Positions 51,971 to 63,295 are shown, counted from the first letter of the whole stretch. The stretch is 63,295 bases of DNA, filler included, from Choristocarpus tenellus KU-1152 (GCA_964200185.2; 11 parts of 11 records of this genome joined end to end with filler, not necessarily neighbours in it), one strand, 5' to 3'. The notes: generated by a model from the letters alone, not told the origin. Translations and numbers: made by a program.

Positions 51971-52638
51971 ATCAAACTTGTACACTGTTTCTGTGCTCCC
52001 CACTGCTCGCGTATACAAGCAGGTAGGACACAGGCCCCACCCTGACACTATTCCCCTGTCAGGATGTGCAGGGGAGGGCAGGGAAGACACCTCACACGCT
52101 GGTGTTGCTACTGGGGCTGGGGATGAATGCCCTTTCAGCGGCAATGGACCGGTGAGTTTGCCCACGAGAAGGTGTGTGTCCCTGCGCTGGAATCACTAGT
52201 GGTACTTCTCAGTGTGTGAACAGGTCATGATTTTGAGCATGTGTGTGGAATCTGGTAGCAGGCTGCTGTAGAATTCCCACATCAAAGGCAAGACTTTCAA
52301 GCACTGCAATACACTGGATCCAAGGTATGCCTTTGAATGTTGCTCTGCCAATGGGGCCTTTGCACGGATGAGCTGTGGTTCTCCTTTCATTGGTCGTTTA
52401 TCTCCAAGGGCATAGTGCTTCAGTGCTAAGTTTGTGATGCTATTTGTCATATTTTCGGGTATGAAGTGGAGACAAATTACATTTCAACCTCAATGCTCTC
52501 CAGGGGCCTGACATGGTGGTCTTACACACCATATTGGTAGGCCCAGGTAGGATCGATGCCACATTCAAACAATACCTGAATATTGTCTTTCTTGCACAAT
52601 CCGTCCACCAAAACCTGCCCGTCTAGCTCAAAATAATC

Positions 52639-55600
52639 ATGCCCAAGAAGAAGCAGAAGGCGGCACCGGGGATCCTCTCACCTCTACTCCGAGAGAATCA
52701 ACTAGTCATTCCTACGCGTCCGGATGGTAACTGCTGGTTTCGAACCAGGATGGTCTGTGTTTCGGTGGCATTGGCTAGAAACCCAAACAAGTTCTCAACA
52801 GTCTTGGATGGGCTGAAGACTGCAATACAGCGCAATTTTACAATGCACAGAGCCAATGACAGAGAGGTGAGTCACTCCTTTCATCCCAAACTCATTGCTA
52901 CTAGGATTTGTGTTCTTCCTTCAGACTATGGGGGCTTGACAAACCCTAAAACAGTCAGTGTTTGTGACAGTCGGCAGTAGATGGGATCAAAGCTTTAATG
53001 TACGGCGTGCTTGCTGGGGTGAGTATACAAATCAAATCACCCCAGGTGTCAGTAATGTGCAACTCACAGTTTCCCAGTTGGTCCTATTTTTGTGGGGGGG
53101 GGGGTTGGCCGTAGTACAAGAGCTCTCTCTCCTCATGGCACTCTGTGGCAGGAGCTCAAGGCAATCTATACCAACCTGGACCGCACTCTCTTCAGCTATG
53201 AACCCAACATTCTGCGGTAGTCATTGTCGACTTGAAATACGTCTATGGCAAGTGGAGAGGGGGTGTGTGCTGCTCCAGAATATCCTCACCGCCTTGGTTC
53301 AAGGTGTCGATCACATTTGTTGACCTGCAGATATTCCTCAGCTCCGTGGGGACCCGAAGGACAATATGGTGGTCTGTGATGTTATGGGGTACTCTCTGAT
53401 GGCATGAGATAGATAGCTGTATCAACCCTGCAACATTTTTGATCAGGTCATGGAAGTTACGTGCATACTTCAGGCTTCAGAGTAACGTATTTGGAGGGGA
53501 AGATCAAAACCTAGAACGGAAATGTTTCATCTGTGAGTTTTCATGAAGATTCAGAGGTTTTGGAAGTATTTGATCATCTAAGCCCGGATGGGAGGGAAGG
53601 TAGACACATTTCTTGCATCACCTAATGCTAGTTCTCCTGAGTGTTCTGAAATAGGGAGATATGAGTAGTAGGTCAAAATAATTCTGAAACAAGTTTACAA
53701 TCTACTTTGCACCTTGTTTGGCATGTATTTATGTGTGTGAGATATCCATGTCTGAGAAATGCATACATAAGGGTCATGGTGATCTCGGGCAAGGTTTTGA
53801 TGATTGTGAATGGGAACCTTTTTTTGTCTTCACGTGTGATTTTGTCTGGGTACACACCTCCTCGAGTGATTCTGTCCATCCCCTCAGTCTTGGATACAGT
53901 CTTGACAAAGCCTTCCGGTGTGTTTGGATCCTCTGTAGTTGACGATAATCATCGCCGCGGCATTGTATATGTTTTATGATGGATACAAGATACTAACAGT
54001 AGTAAGAGGGATATAGGTGGTACGTGGACAAGGGGGGAGGAGGCACGCTATGTAGTCTCTTACCTTGATTTTGTGAAATTGTGAATCTACACTACAAGGG
54101 ATATTGATTTTCCAGTTAGAGAGCAGGGCTCGTTCCCATGAAAATTCCAGTCACTAGACAGAATTTGGAAAAAAAAAAAATGAAGGAGATGTGGCTACCA
54201 GAGATGAAGCTGCGTAGCAGTTGCCAGCCATATCCCCATTGACACTCGAGCGATTAGTCCAAAATGTGTTGCGCTTTCTACATGCATTTTCTTCGTGTAC
54301 CCATGCACGTATGCGCAATGTGGATGTGAACCAGTCACCTTCCTCTTACCCAGTCACTTGTCACCCCGGCCTCAATAATATACGTGTTGGGAGACGACCC
54401 TCCATTGCACATCCACGCACATTTACACGAAAAATATGTGCGACAATAGACGATCAGTACAGGTGCTCAGTTCTGCTATGCAAAGAGGAACTGTACTTGT
54501 AAGGGGCCGTCCGAAGGGGTGATTGTTTCTAGTGCTGCGATTTGCTTTGCAAGTAATGCATGCCTTGCAAACAAATGAACTGTTCACTTGCCCATTCGAA
54601 CAACCATTCCCACAGCAACAACTGCGAGTAGAACATAATTTTTTCATGCCCAATGACACCTTGCAGACGGTATTGTCATGATCATGCTGGTATCATGGCC
54701 TTATCATTCTGGGATGCAACTGTGAAAACTTCTGCACAGCAAGGCCTTTGCTGTGTAATCAATGCAGACTCCACTGTTGTGTGCGTTCTCTTGGATGAAG
54801 TTTCTTTCTCCACCATGACAGCATCTGCAAAGCTCACCTTTATGCATGAAGTTAGTAGTAGTGTACATAGATTGTCTGCAGGTTGAATATTTAGCATATT
54901 TGACACATATTCAATAGAGTGATTGAAAGTGATAGATTGAACAGGCCAATTTTTGACCTTCAAGCAGGTGTTCTTGTCTCATGTATGATGCGTTACGCAT
55001 TTTCTGGTCGTTGTGCACATTCTCTGAGGTCAAGTTCTCCGATTCCATCAGGACGCGGACCACTGAGCAAATAATGTCACTTCCTACATGCACATACACG
55101 CATGCTAAAGAAAAGGTTACTGCTCCACTTAGACCCTAACCCTCGAGCACCTGCCAAAGTGTAGATCTGTGTTTGAGAGCCGTCACCACATGGATTGAAA
55201 GTGGGTAAACAAGCATAAATTGAGTGCGCTAAGTACTGTAGGTCTGTAGCACGTCGGTTCTTTCTGCCTTTTTGAGCAGGAAAGTCGCCACTATGGTGTT
55301 ATTAGAGGCAACTGAAACAGTGTTTTGCACGGGTGGAGAGCAACAAATGGGGAGTACTTTGTTCTGAAGTCCTAACCGGTAAGGCCCCAATGCTATAATC
55401 AATTAACAAATAAGTAGCACTTCATTGTACTGCCCTGCAATAAGAAAGTTCGATGCTTTCCAGAATATCATTGAAATTGCAACCACCTAACTTACATCTA
55501 GTGCAATACGTACCGGCATCATAGTTGTAGGTATCACCGTTATTTTAATATGCCATCTTCCTTCTTCTCTTCCCTGCTGATATGCGATTTACGGCCCAAG

Positions 55601-56640
55601 GATTGCTATGTCGAAGACTTCGGAGCCAAGGAGTCTTACGACAAAGATGTCGGTTGTGCCCTTAGCTTCCTGGAAAGCCTGTCTGAAGGAACGGAGGCAA
55701 GTATTGACCGAGCACTTTTTGCTATTGACATGTTGCTGCAAGATACCAGCGGGACGCTGGATAGAGGCTTGGTGCTGCTTGGTCGCATGGCACATCTGCA
55801 TGGCTTGTCCATGCTGAGAAGCCGTGTCAACGCAGCGGTGAGATTTACACCCAAAAAATAGTTCTGCCCACAGTAGTACCAAAACTCCACTGAATGAGCC
55901 TACATCACCATTAAGCCCTATTGTGCTGTCTTTAACCCTGAACCCTGGAATCTCTTTTTGTGCCAAGGCTTAACTGCAAACCAAACACTTATCAAGTAGC
56001 CATAAACAACTGCTCAACCGCCAAGCAGTCTGCCCGTGTGATCTATCGCACTGAACAAGCTGGATCCAATCTGAACTTGCCTGTTGAAACAAAATCCTTT
56101 GGGACATCCCACAGGAATTACCAGGCGACTTCTTTCAGCAGGAGGCCCAGGACGCGAGTTCTATTTGTCAAGATGTAGCCCCATGTACAGAGGGAGGGGG
56201 GGCTATAGAATTGGCATTGGGCCTTCAGATAACTGCTGTTAGGAGGGCCGACGACGAGGGCAGGCTGGAGGCAAGTGTGACCAGAATGTGTCAAACAATC
56301 CTTTCCCGTGTTGGCTCTGGTTGTGTTTGTCTGATGGAGTTTTGGACGCGTTGATTTTGACAATTGCCTCCACCCCCTCCCCTCCTGATTTTTCCTTTCG
56401 GTGCACGGTCTGCAGGTCTATTCCAGTGAAGGGACTGGCAGCACCCTGCTGGAGCCCCGGGGAGGTATTCCCCCAAAGCTTGTCAAAGATATATACACCT
56501 TCTTCCGCCATGGGCACTATGAAGTGCTCATTAGCAAGGGTGGAAAGCTGGGCAAGAAGATGCTCGAGCATCTGCCAAGCAACGATCTCGCTGTTCCTGA
56601 AGAGGTGAACCAAAGAAAGCGAGAATTATCCAGGTTCTGA
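52639..56640 (+). CDS. Divergent otubain-like (OTU / peptidase C65) deubiquitinase, about 281 aa
   Basis: Phase-0 exons 52639-52866, 55601-55837, 56115-56270 (GC donor, GAG|GCAAGT) and 56416-56640. The catalytic Cys box TRPDGNCWFR compares with OTUB1 TRPDGNCFYR. Other matches in order are CYVEDF (FTIEDF), DFFQQEA (EFCQQEV), AIELALGLQI (ALAQALSVSI) and the His box IYTFFRHGHYEVL (VYLLYRPGHYDIL). Confidence 0.8.
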
Positions 56641-57176
56641 TCGTTTTGCATTCTAAGTCAATTTTTCAAACTCTTGCAATCTCCACTCATATTTTTCTAT
56701 GGGTGAAGTGCCGAGTTTGACTTGAGGAGGTCGATTTCTCTCTTGTTTGAAACTCTTGGACGCAATTCAGAAAATGTTTCATGCACATTTGCGATAAATG
56801 CCAATTGTTGCACGTAGGAAACATTCACCAGCATCCTTAAAATTCGACCCTGGGTACCTCTCGTGTACTTTGACTCAGGTGTGCAGCGATCCACCCTGCC
56901 AGCCCAATGATGGGTCTACCAACTCTTTCCCCCCGTAGTGTAATGAAAAGATATGTTGAAGCAATTTCTCTTCTTTAGAAGGTTTGATACTACGCCGTTT
57001 ATAGGATGGCATTTTTCAGGGTGTTGGCCTTTCCAAAGTTCCTCGGCCAAGAGCTTTAGAGCTTGTAGTGTCTCCTATCCAGATCACCTTGTGAAATATA
57101 CTGTCCTGTGGAGGACTCCAGTGTTCAAAAACAACACAAATGGCATCAGAATTTGAGTTTGTCATGCCCGGCGTAC

Positions 57177-57249
57177 GAGTGAAAGTATCTTAGAGGGTAC
57201 AAGTTTTGCCCTGTCTGTCCATTTGGGGTTTGGCTTCCGATGGGTTCTT
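57177..57249. mobile_element. MITE-like family B end, truncated at the contig end
   Basis: GAGTGAAAGTATCTTAGAGGGTACAAGTTTTGCCCTGTCTGTCCATTTGGGG matches the sequence from 51446 onward. Confidence 0.85.
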
Positions 57250-57349
57250 NNNNNNNNNNNNNNNNNNNNNNNNNNNNNNNNNNNNNNNNNNNNTTAATTA
57301 ATTAANNNNNNNNNNNNNNNNNNNNNNNNNNNNNNNNNNNNNNNNNNNN

Positions 57350-57370
57350 CCCCCCCAGATACTTTGGGTC
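57350..57370. mobile_element. MITE-like family A terminus at contig start
   Basis: CCCCCCCAGATACTTTGGGTC. Confidence 0.8.
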
Positions 57371-58099
57371 AGAAGTCAGGTGTTGATGGGGTTCGAACCC
57401 GAAAAATCCATGCAGGTGGGAACTAGCCTCCTACTCTAATGAGTCATGAAGATGCTCCAATGTATAAAAGGGGGTCTGTGAAGAGAAACCCAGGATGGAT
57501 GCCAGAGGTTAGTTGTCCAAACAACACTAGGTCGTTCGTATGGAAAAGGGGGGGAAACAGATAGAAATCCAGTACCACGCGAGGTTCGTCCAATCTGAAC
57601 ACCACTCATCACACATCGTACAAAGGAAAGAGAAACCCAAGAATGATCAGCTCGGCAGTAAAGAGGGAGTGAAAAAAGGACCATTGAGCAGGCAGGATGT
57701 TAGAAGGGTGGATGTGCCTATTCTGTTTGGTTAGAGAGGCAGTGCTGTACCATGACGTATGTTGCCTAATATATCACATCTTTAGATTATGATATTTGTT
57801 CATGAAACTCCATGTTTCACCAACCACATACTTGGACCACTTTTTTGTAGAAACACTATCAAAGTTGTATAGTAGTACCAATAGTTTACGCCTCTGGGGT
57901 TGTCCTGTCATAAATTTTGATATAGAGAAATCGGATTTAAAATATAAAAGCATATTCGTGATGCCCGCCACAATGCCTTCCAGAGTACGGGCTTCCTTTT
58001 TCTTTTTTTGTCATTTTTTTTAAGGAAAGAGCTCATATTGGGGTTCGAACCCTGGATTGTAGGTCACCAAGAGTAACAAGTAGATACACTATTACTTGA

Positions 58100-59700
58100 T
58101 TAAAGTATACGGTTTATGCGGGAAAAAGCCTCCTCACCCTCTCTTCCTGTGTGTTCGTGCACCCACTCTTTGACCTCGGGAAGGATGTCCTAGTCGAGGC
58201 CAAGAACGAAACGCCTCTCGTCGCGCCCTTGCTCCGACACCTTGATGTAGCCCTTAGTTAGTCTCTCTCCCATTTACTCACAGTTTCCGACCTGACCATG
58301 GCATATCCTGCTGCCATCTCGAGTGCTGTTTGACGGTCTTTCCCGTCGTTCATACGCAGGTACAGGATTTATGTTAGAGCCTTTACTATCACATTTCCTA
58401 GTTGAGCGTCGGAAAAGGGCGTCGTCCGTGTTTCCTAGGCGGGTGATATTTTATCATCAAGAAGTAAGGGCGAGGGAGGACAGGCTTGAGTTGATCGAAA
58501 ATTGTGTCGATTTCTCGAATGAATGCAGACTGGGAGAAAGCCTTAATCAACTTTATACCTCCAACCCCTAGTCCAGGAACAAAAATGAATGTACGGCATC
58601 TTGCAAGAAGTGGGAGACACCAAACCATGAGTGTGCACATAGTCTCAATCTCACCCCCTCTTCTTCCCTGGTGTCCTCGTCGATGGCTACCTCCACCTGC
58701 TTCGCGACCTCTTATAAGTAGAGGATTTGGTGGTATCGAAAAGTCTCCACAGCTGCCTTTGTTACGATCGCTTTCTCCTCCATCTAACAAGTTCTTTCGA
58801 CCTTCTTTCGGGCTTCAGAGCCCTTGTAGCCCAACTCCAACACCTTCTTTTTGATTTCCTTAAGCCACTCTGGGTCGCATAGCTTCCAAACAGCCAGGGC
58901 CTGCTGCAACTGTCAACTACTAAGATATCCCACCCCCGGGTTTTCGCTTAGGCGTTTCCTGAGCACAATGACACGCAGTAGCACTGCTCTCTTCCCCAAC
59001 GTTCACTTCGTCTGGTCACTCTGGTTCTCCCTACGTCCACCGTAACCAGGCTTCCCCACAGACTTCGTCACTGTATACACCTGGTGGTGGTGGACTCGCC
59101 GCCCTCTTCCTGCTTTCTCCAGACAGCAGAGACTGCAGAGCAGTGCTCCGATGTGGTTGAAGATCCAACCACATTTGTGTGGAAATCCTTTCCATGGATC
59201 TTCTCTCAGTGTTAGTATCGCGGCCGCGTGGTCCATTGCGCGATTTGATCACGCTCCTGCGCCACAATACACACTTTCTCGTCTCCAAACATCGCACTGA
59301 ATGTCACACGGTACTTGTTTTTTGTCACCTCTCGACAGGGAAGGTGCCGAGGGTAGATCCAGGGGGAAGAGTGAGTTGGACGGCTCTCCTTGTGTCACCG
59401 TCGTGGTTTTTTATGCTGTGTGAGTCACGTGTGTGTGTGTGCTCTCAAAAGTCTGCAAATGGTGGTAAAAAGATGTTGGCAGATCTTGCTTTTTTTTCTG
59501 TATTGCGAAAAACATTACATTTGTACAGCGGTCTAACCTGGATCAGGTTTTTCCGGGAAATCCAGCCAACCACTTCATTTTTGTACCTTTTGAGGTTGTG
59601 ACCATCAACATTGCGGCGGAGATGTTCGCCCGCGTTTTTTCCCTTCATTGATGGAAGCATAGGTCCCATTCACTGGAGTTAGTACATTCCACAATACAAA
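58100..59700 (-). repeat. Unclassified dispersed repeat X, copy 2
   Basis: Reverse-complement homolog of 13657-14795 over about 58550-59700, probably continuing further. The left boundary is uncertain. Confidence 0.75.
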
Positions 59701-60955
59701 TCTTCAACACCTGTTATAACCATTTATTTGATATTTATTTGTTGTATACTTTCTTGTGGCAATACAATGAAAAATAGGAAGATTATCAGAATCGATTCGA
59801 TATCGAAAGACGAGTAAATTGAACATCGAAAATCGATGCAAATTTGCGTGTATGTTCTGGGTGCAACGCGCGATCACACCGATCGTAATTAACAGTACCC
59901 CACCCTCCTCCTTTGTCTTGTTCCTAGGAACAGGAGATCCCATCACTGCAGCGAGGATCTTTGGCTCAAGATCATTTCTCTGACTACTGACAAGCACAGT
60001 GGGATCTGTTGTGGATCCCTACTTATTCGTTGTAGTCTCTTGTAACCCGTCTCTGGCAGTCTTTATCCTTTAGTCGGTTGATGCGACTTCGAGCATGATG
60101 TCCAGCAACATGCAAGAAAGCGAGGGTAAGATATCCCAGGTCGGGTTTTCGGGGAAAATGTTGTCGTACAATCTAAATTTCACGCGACCCATCTCGTTTG
60201 AGCTCTAGAAGCGAACGTCTAGATTGGGGCACAGATTGATTGCCTGGACTTGAACCTGGTACAACCCGTTTCCGGAATCGAAGATCCTCGGTGGAGTTGC
60301 GTCCATTCAAGCGCCAGATATCTCGAAATGTGCCTTGGGTTGGATTAGCTCAATTTATATACCTGTTTTCGATCAAAAGACTCCACCTTGGTTAGAGGCT
60401 ACTTGCATCGAGTAGCTGATTGTCATTTGGGGAGTTTTACTTGGCATTTCTGTATTGATTTTGTGGACAACAACCCTAGATGCACTCGTTACAAGGTTAC
60501 TAGCCATCCATTTCCATGGGTATCATCAACTTTAAACGTTTCGGCATTTCCTCTTCCCGCCCCTGTTAGCATGTGCCTTCAAATGGGACTGTGTCATATT
60601 GGGCCGAGTCGCCCCAAGCTGTGGTTCAGTTGGGCGGTGGTTGTCCTGATGTACAGTTTAGTCCCAATGTTCTCCGGCTGAGCACCCCCTCCTCGCTCCA
60701 CTTATTAACCCTATATCTTTTAAGTCAATTTTGGTACACGTCCATCCATCCAAGAGCAAGGATCTGCCAAATATTTACCCCTTGTGCAACCCTAACTTTC
60801 AGCGACCCCTTGCAAATAGTCGCAAACCCTAATCTGATCTTCACGGGGTGACAGGTTGCTGCAGCATTTATATTTCTCATATATGAGTTTAAATATCCCA
60901 CCTTTTTCAACGAAGTGTTCCCCTCCCGCCCATCATCTCGCAACGCCCCCATCAG

Positions 60956-62778
60956 GTATAAGTAAGTGCAGGGTTGAAGAGGCATTGAATCGAGCCAGCC
61001 ACAACACGAATCCTGAAACGGAAGCGACGCGGTCCCCTACGGCTACTCGAGCAAAATATTTATCTGCCTCTGGTGATCACTCTTTGGAAGCTCCTGCGAC
61101 TCCAGCCGCAACTACAGCCATGGTGATAACCACGACCTCACTAGGTGGCCTAGACGGCAGACATACTGTTGAAACGGGAGTGGTGAGTGAAGCGGTATCA
61201 CTACCTGTTACGACATCAGAGGAAGAGACAGAGGTTTCGACAATGCCAGCAATCGAAACAGGGAGCACCACTTCTGTTGTCAGCCCAATTGCCCCGTCAT
61301 CATCAGCCTTGCCCTCACCTACACTGGAGGAACCAGTAGGATGCCATGCTTCTGAGGTTGACAGTGAAGTAGCATCATTAGCTGCGGTGGCAGCAACAGT
61401 GCCCGTGGCCGTTTCCACTGTGGTGAAGACAGCTCTTACTCCTGGTTTGATGCAGTCAACTCCTGGGAAGCAGCCCAGTCAAGACCACCCTCCTCAGGTT
61501 GATGCGCCTCCTTCGGTGGTACGACCTCGGGTACTGATTGCCGCTCCTCGCTCAGCAGTTAGTGCTTCCATTATCGTTTCTTCTTCCTTCCCCACCAAGT
61601 CTGCATTTGAGCGGGCTCCGAACCAGTCAACTCCTCTCCCCGCTCCAACCCCTGATGTTTCCGTCACTCAAAGCCTTCACACCATTTTGGGTCCGGCCTC
61701 TTCCCGTGTAGCAACAACCACCACGACTTGGCCTTCATCCACCCTTGTGAGGGGCGATAGTGAGGAGCAAAAGATTCAGGTGACATCACCAGCATTTGCA
61801 AGAGACCCCGAGGTTGAGGACGGTGCTGCTAGTGTGTTGGCATTGGAAATGTCTAGAACTGCTGGTGTCGGCAAGGTCGATGGTGATACTGACTCCCGAG
61901 ATCGCTGCAGGGTGCCCTCAGTTGGGACTGGACCTGCCCCAGGGCTACCAATAGTCCCAGTCCATGGTGACCAGGCCGGCAACAATAATGGAGGGTGGTT
62001 GTCTCAAGAGTCTCTAAAGGGCGGGGCAGGTCAAGCTGTCATTGATGTGAAGGGTGCTGTAGAATCAGCTGCTGTTACTGTGATTATGGGAATGGACAAA
62101 GGCATCACTAGCGAAGGTGGTGCTGGCGTTGGTGTTGGCACAACAAGCAGTAATGGTGATGGCCCTTATGAGCTTCCGACCTTGACAACAGCAACAGCTG
62201 TCTCAGATGTGTCGAGTACCACAGGAGCTACCCTGGGGCCACCTAGAGCTATGGAAAGAAGTAGTGAACATGTACAGGACACTGTTGCGGTAGGTTTATC
62301 AACAGGTACATCTGCTCCTGTTGTTGTGGAGGTTGGAGTGAAGAGGAGCTTGAGCAGCGAGACCATCAATAAAGGTGAAGGCATCAGTGCCGCTGCTGTG
62401 CCATGTTGCAGTAGAGGCCAGGAAGGCGATTATGTGGTGAAGACTGTTGTGGGAGGAATAGTAGAAAGAGAGGGTGGTGAGGTGAGCTCCATGGCTGGAG
62501 CAGGCGAGGGGAAGATTGGCGATACAAAAGGGGTTTCTGCTGAAGAAGTGGCGCACAATGGCCTTGCCGGTGGTAATTATAACAACAGCGATCATGTGTA
62601 TGGGGGTGGAAGGGATTGTGGTGAGGGGGGGAGGCAGGGTCAGGACGGAGGGGGTGGGGGTGGGAGTGGAAAGAGCCATGGGATTGGAGGCGGAATCAGG
62701 GGTGAGGTTGGGGGCAGTGTTGCAGCTGTTGGGGGGGTGAAAGCCATGGATGTAGAGAGCGGCAATGGAATGGTTCAG
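60956..62778 (+). CDS. Large (~1.8 kb) exon encoding a low-complexity S/T/A/V/P/G-rich, probably disordered region
   Basis: Lies within the 653-codon stop-free ORF 60856-62817, with candidate acceptor CCCCATCAG| at 60955 and donor CAG|GTGGGT at 62778. No domain recognised. Small upstream exons near 60096-60338 are possible. Confidence 0.7.
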
Positions 62779-63295
62779 GTGGGTGAAGTGTGTGTGTGGG
62801 GGGGAGGCTTTGTGTAGGTGTATATGCTTGTCTAATGCATTTTTTGGAAAAAGGTTAAGGTAATGAACAAAGATGGTGGAATGATGTAAGGATGAGGCGG
62901 AGCCTCTTGATTTGTAACGCATTTGTGTGATTTGTAGTGTGAGAATTTTGGAGGAGTTTATATTTCCCTTTTTTAGAGTACCTCAAGTTCAAGCTACATC
63001 AACTTTTGCATCGCATGATTGAAGTAGTCATGATCAATGCATGCATTAAAGGTGAGTGCAGGGGTTTCCCTCCCCCCGTCCCTACCCTTCTGCGACACCA
63101 GCCTTGCTTCTGTCAACTGCCGTTGACATGATAACGTGCGATGTGGAATACCCGATATACGGCAGGCGTTATGCTGCTGCAGTGTGAATGCATTGCATGC
63201 CTTCACACCCTGTCCGCCCTACCCAGGAATTCAACTGCCAAATCTATTTGGTTTTCCTCTTTTGAATGGCGTGTTTGATTCCACCCCCCCCCCTC

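Noticed and set aside
53325-53400. PIN-domain-like motif LRGDPKDNMVV
   Set aside because: The match is too short, is flanked by stop codons, and no other PIN acidic motifs are seen.
15052-57249. Functional cluster of ferlin, Zn2Cys6 factor, RecQ and chlH
   Set aside because: The genes lie on different contigs joined artificially, so there is no evidence of linkage.
51446-57249. One large transposon bounded by family B ends and carrying the otubain-like gene
   Set aside because: 51446-51705 is self-contained, and the end at 57177 has the same orientation as 51446, so it starts a new copy rather than closing a larger element.

Overview
This is eukaryotic nuclear DNA, not prokaryotic, and it is not one contiguous locus. 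It consists of 11 contigs joined by ten artificial 100-bp linkers (N44-TTAATTAATTAA-N44), so adjacency across a linker means nothing biologically. The gene content and structure point to a photosynthetic stramenopile, most likely a brown alga (inference): short exons, introns of 0.1-2.7 kb, an intron-containing chlH and a Zn2Cys6 factor. By manual splicing I recovered parts of a ferlin-like C2 gene, a Zn(II)2Cys6 transcription factor on the minus strand that the ORF track misses, a RECQL4-like helicase, Mg-chelatase subunit H, a coiled-coil gene and two unknown genes. I also recovered an apparently complete, very divergent otubain-like deubiquitinase with a GC-AG intron. The rest is decayed Gypsy/Copia elements, an unclassified ~1.1-kb dispersed repeat, mini/microsatellites and short interstitial TTAGGG tracts. 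Two related MITE-like families share a terminal AAAGTATCT core and account for about 12 copies or ends, many at contig breaks. I found no CRISPR array or rRNA, no intact tRNA, and no clearly new multi-gene system. The best leads are the otubain-like gene and its neighbourhood, the MITE pair, and chlH stopping abruptly in mid-contig. All homology calls come from motifs recognised by eye; no searches were run.
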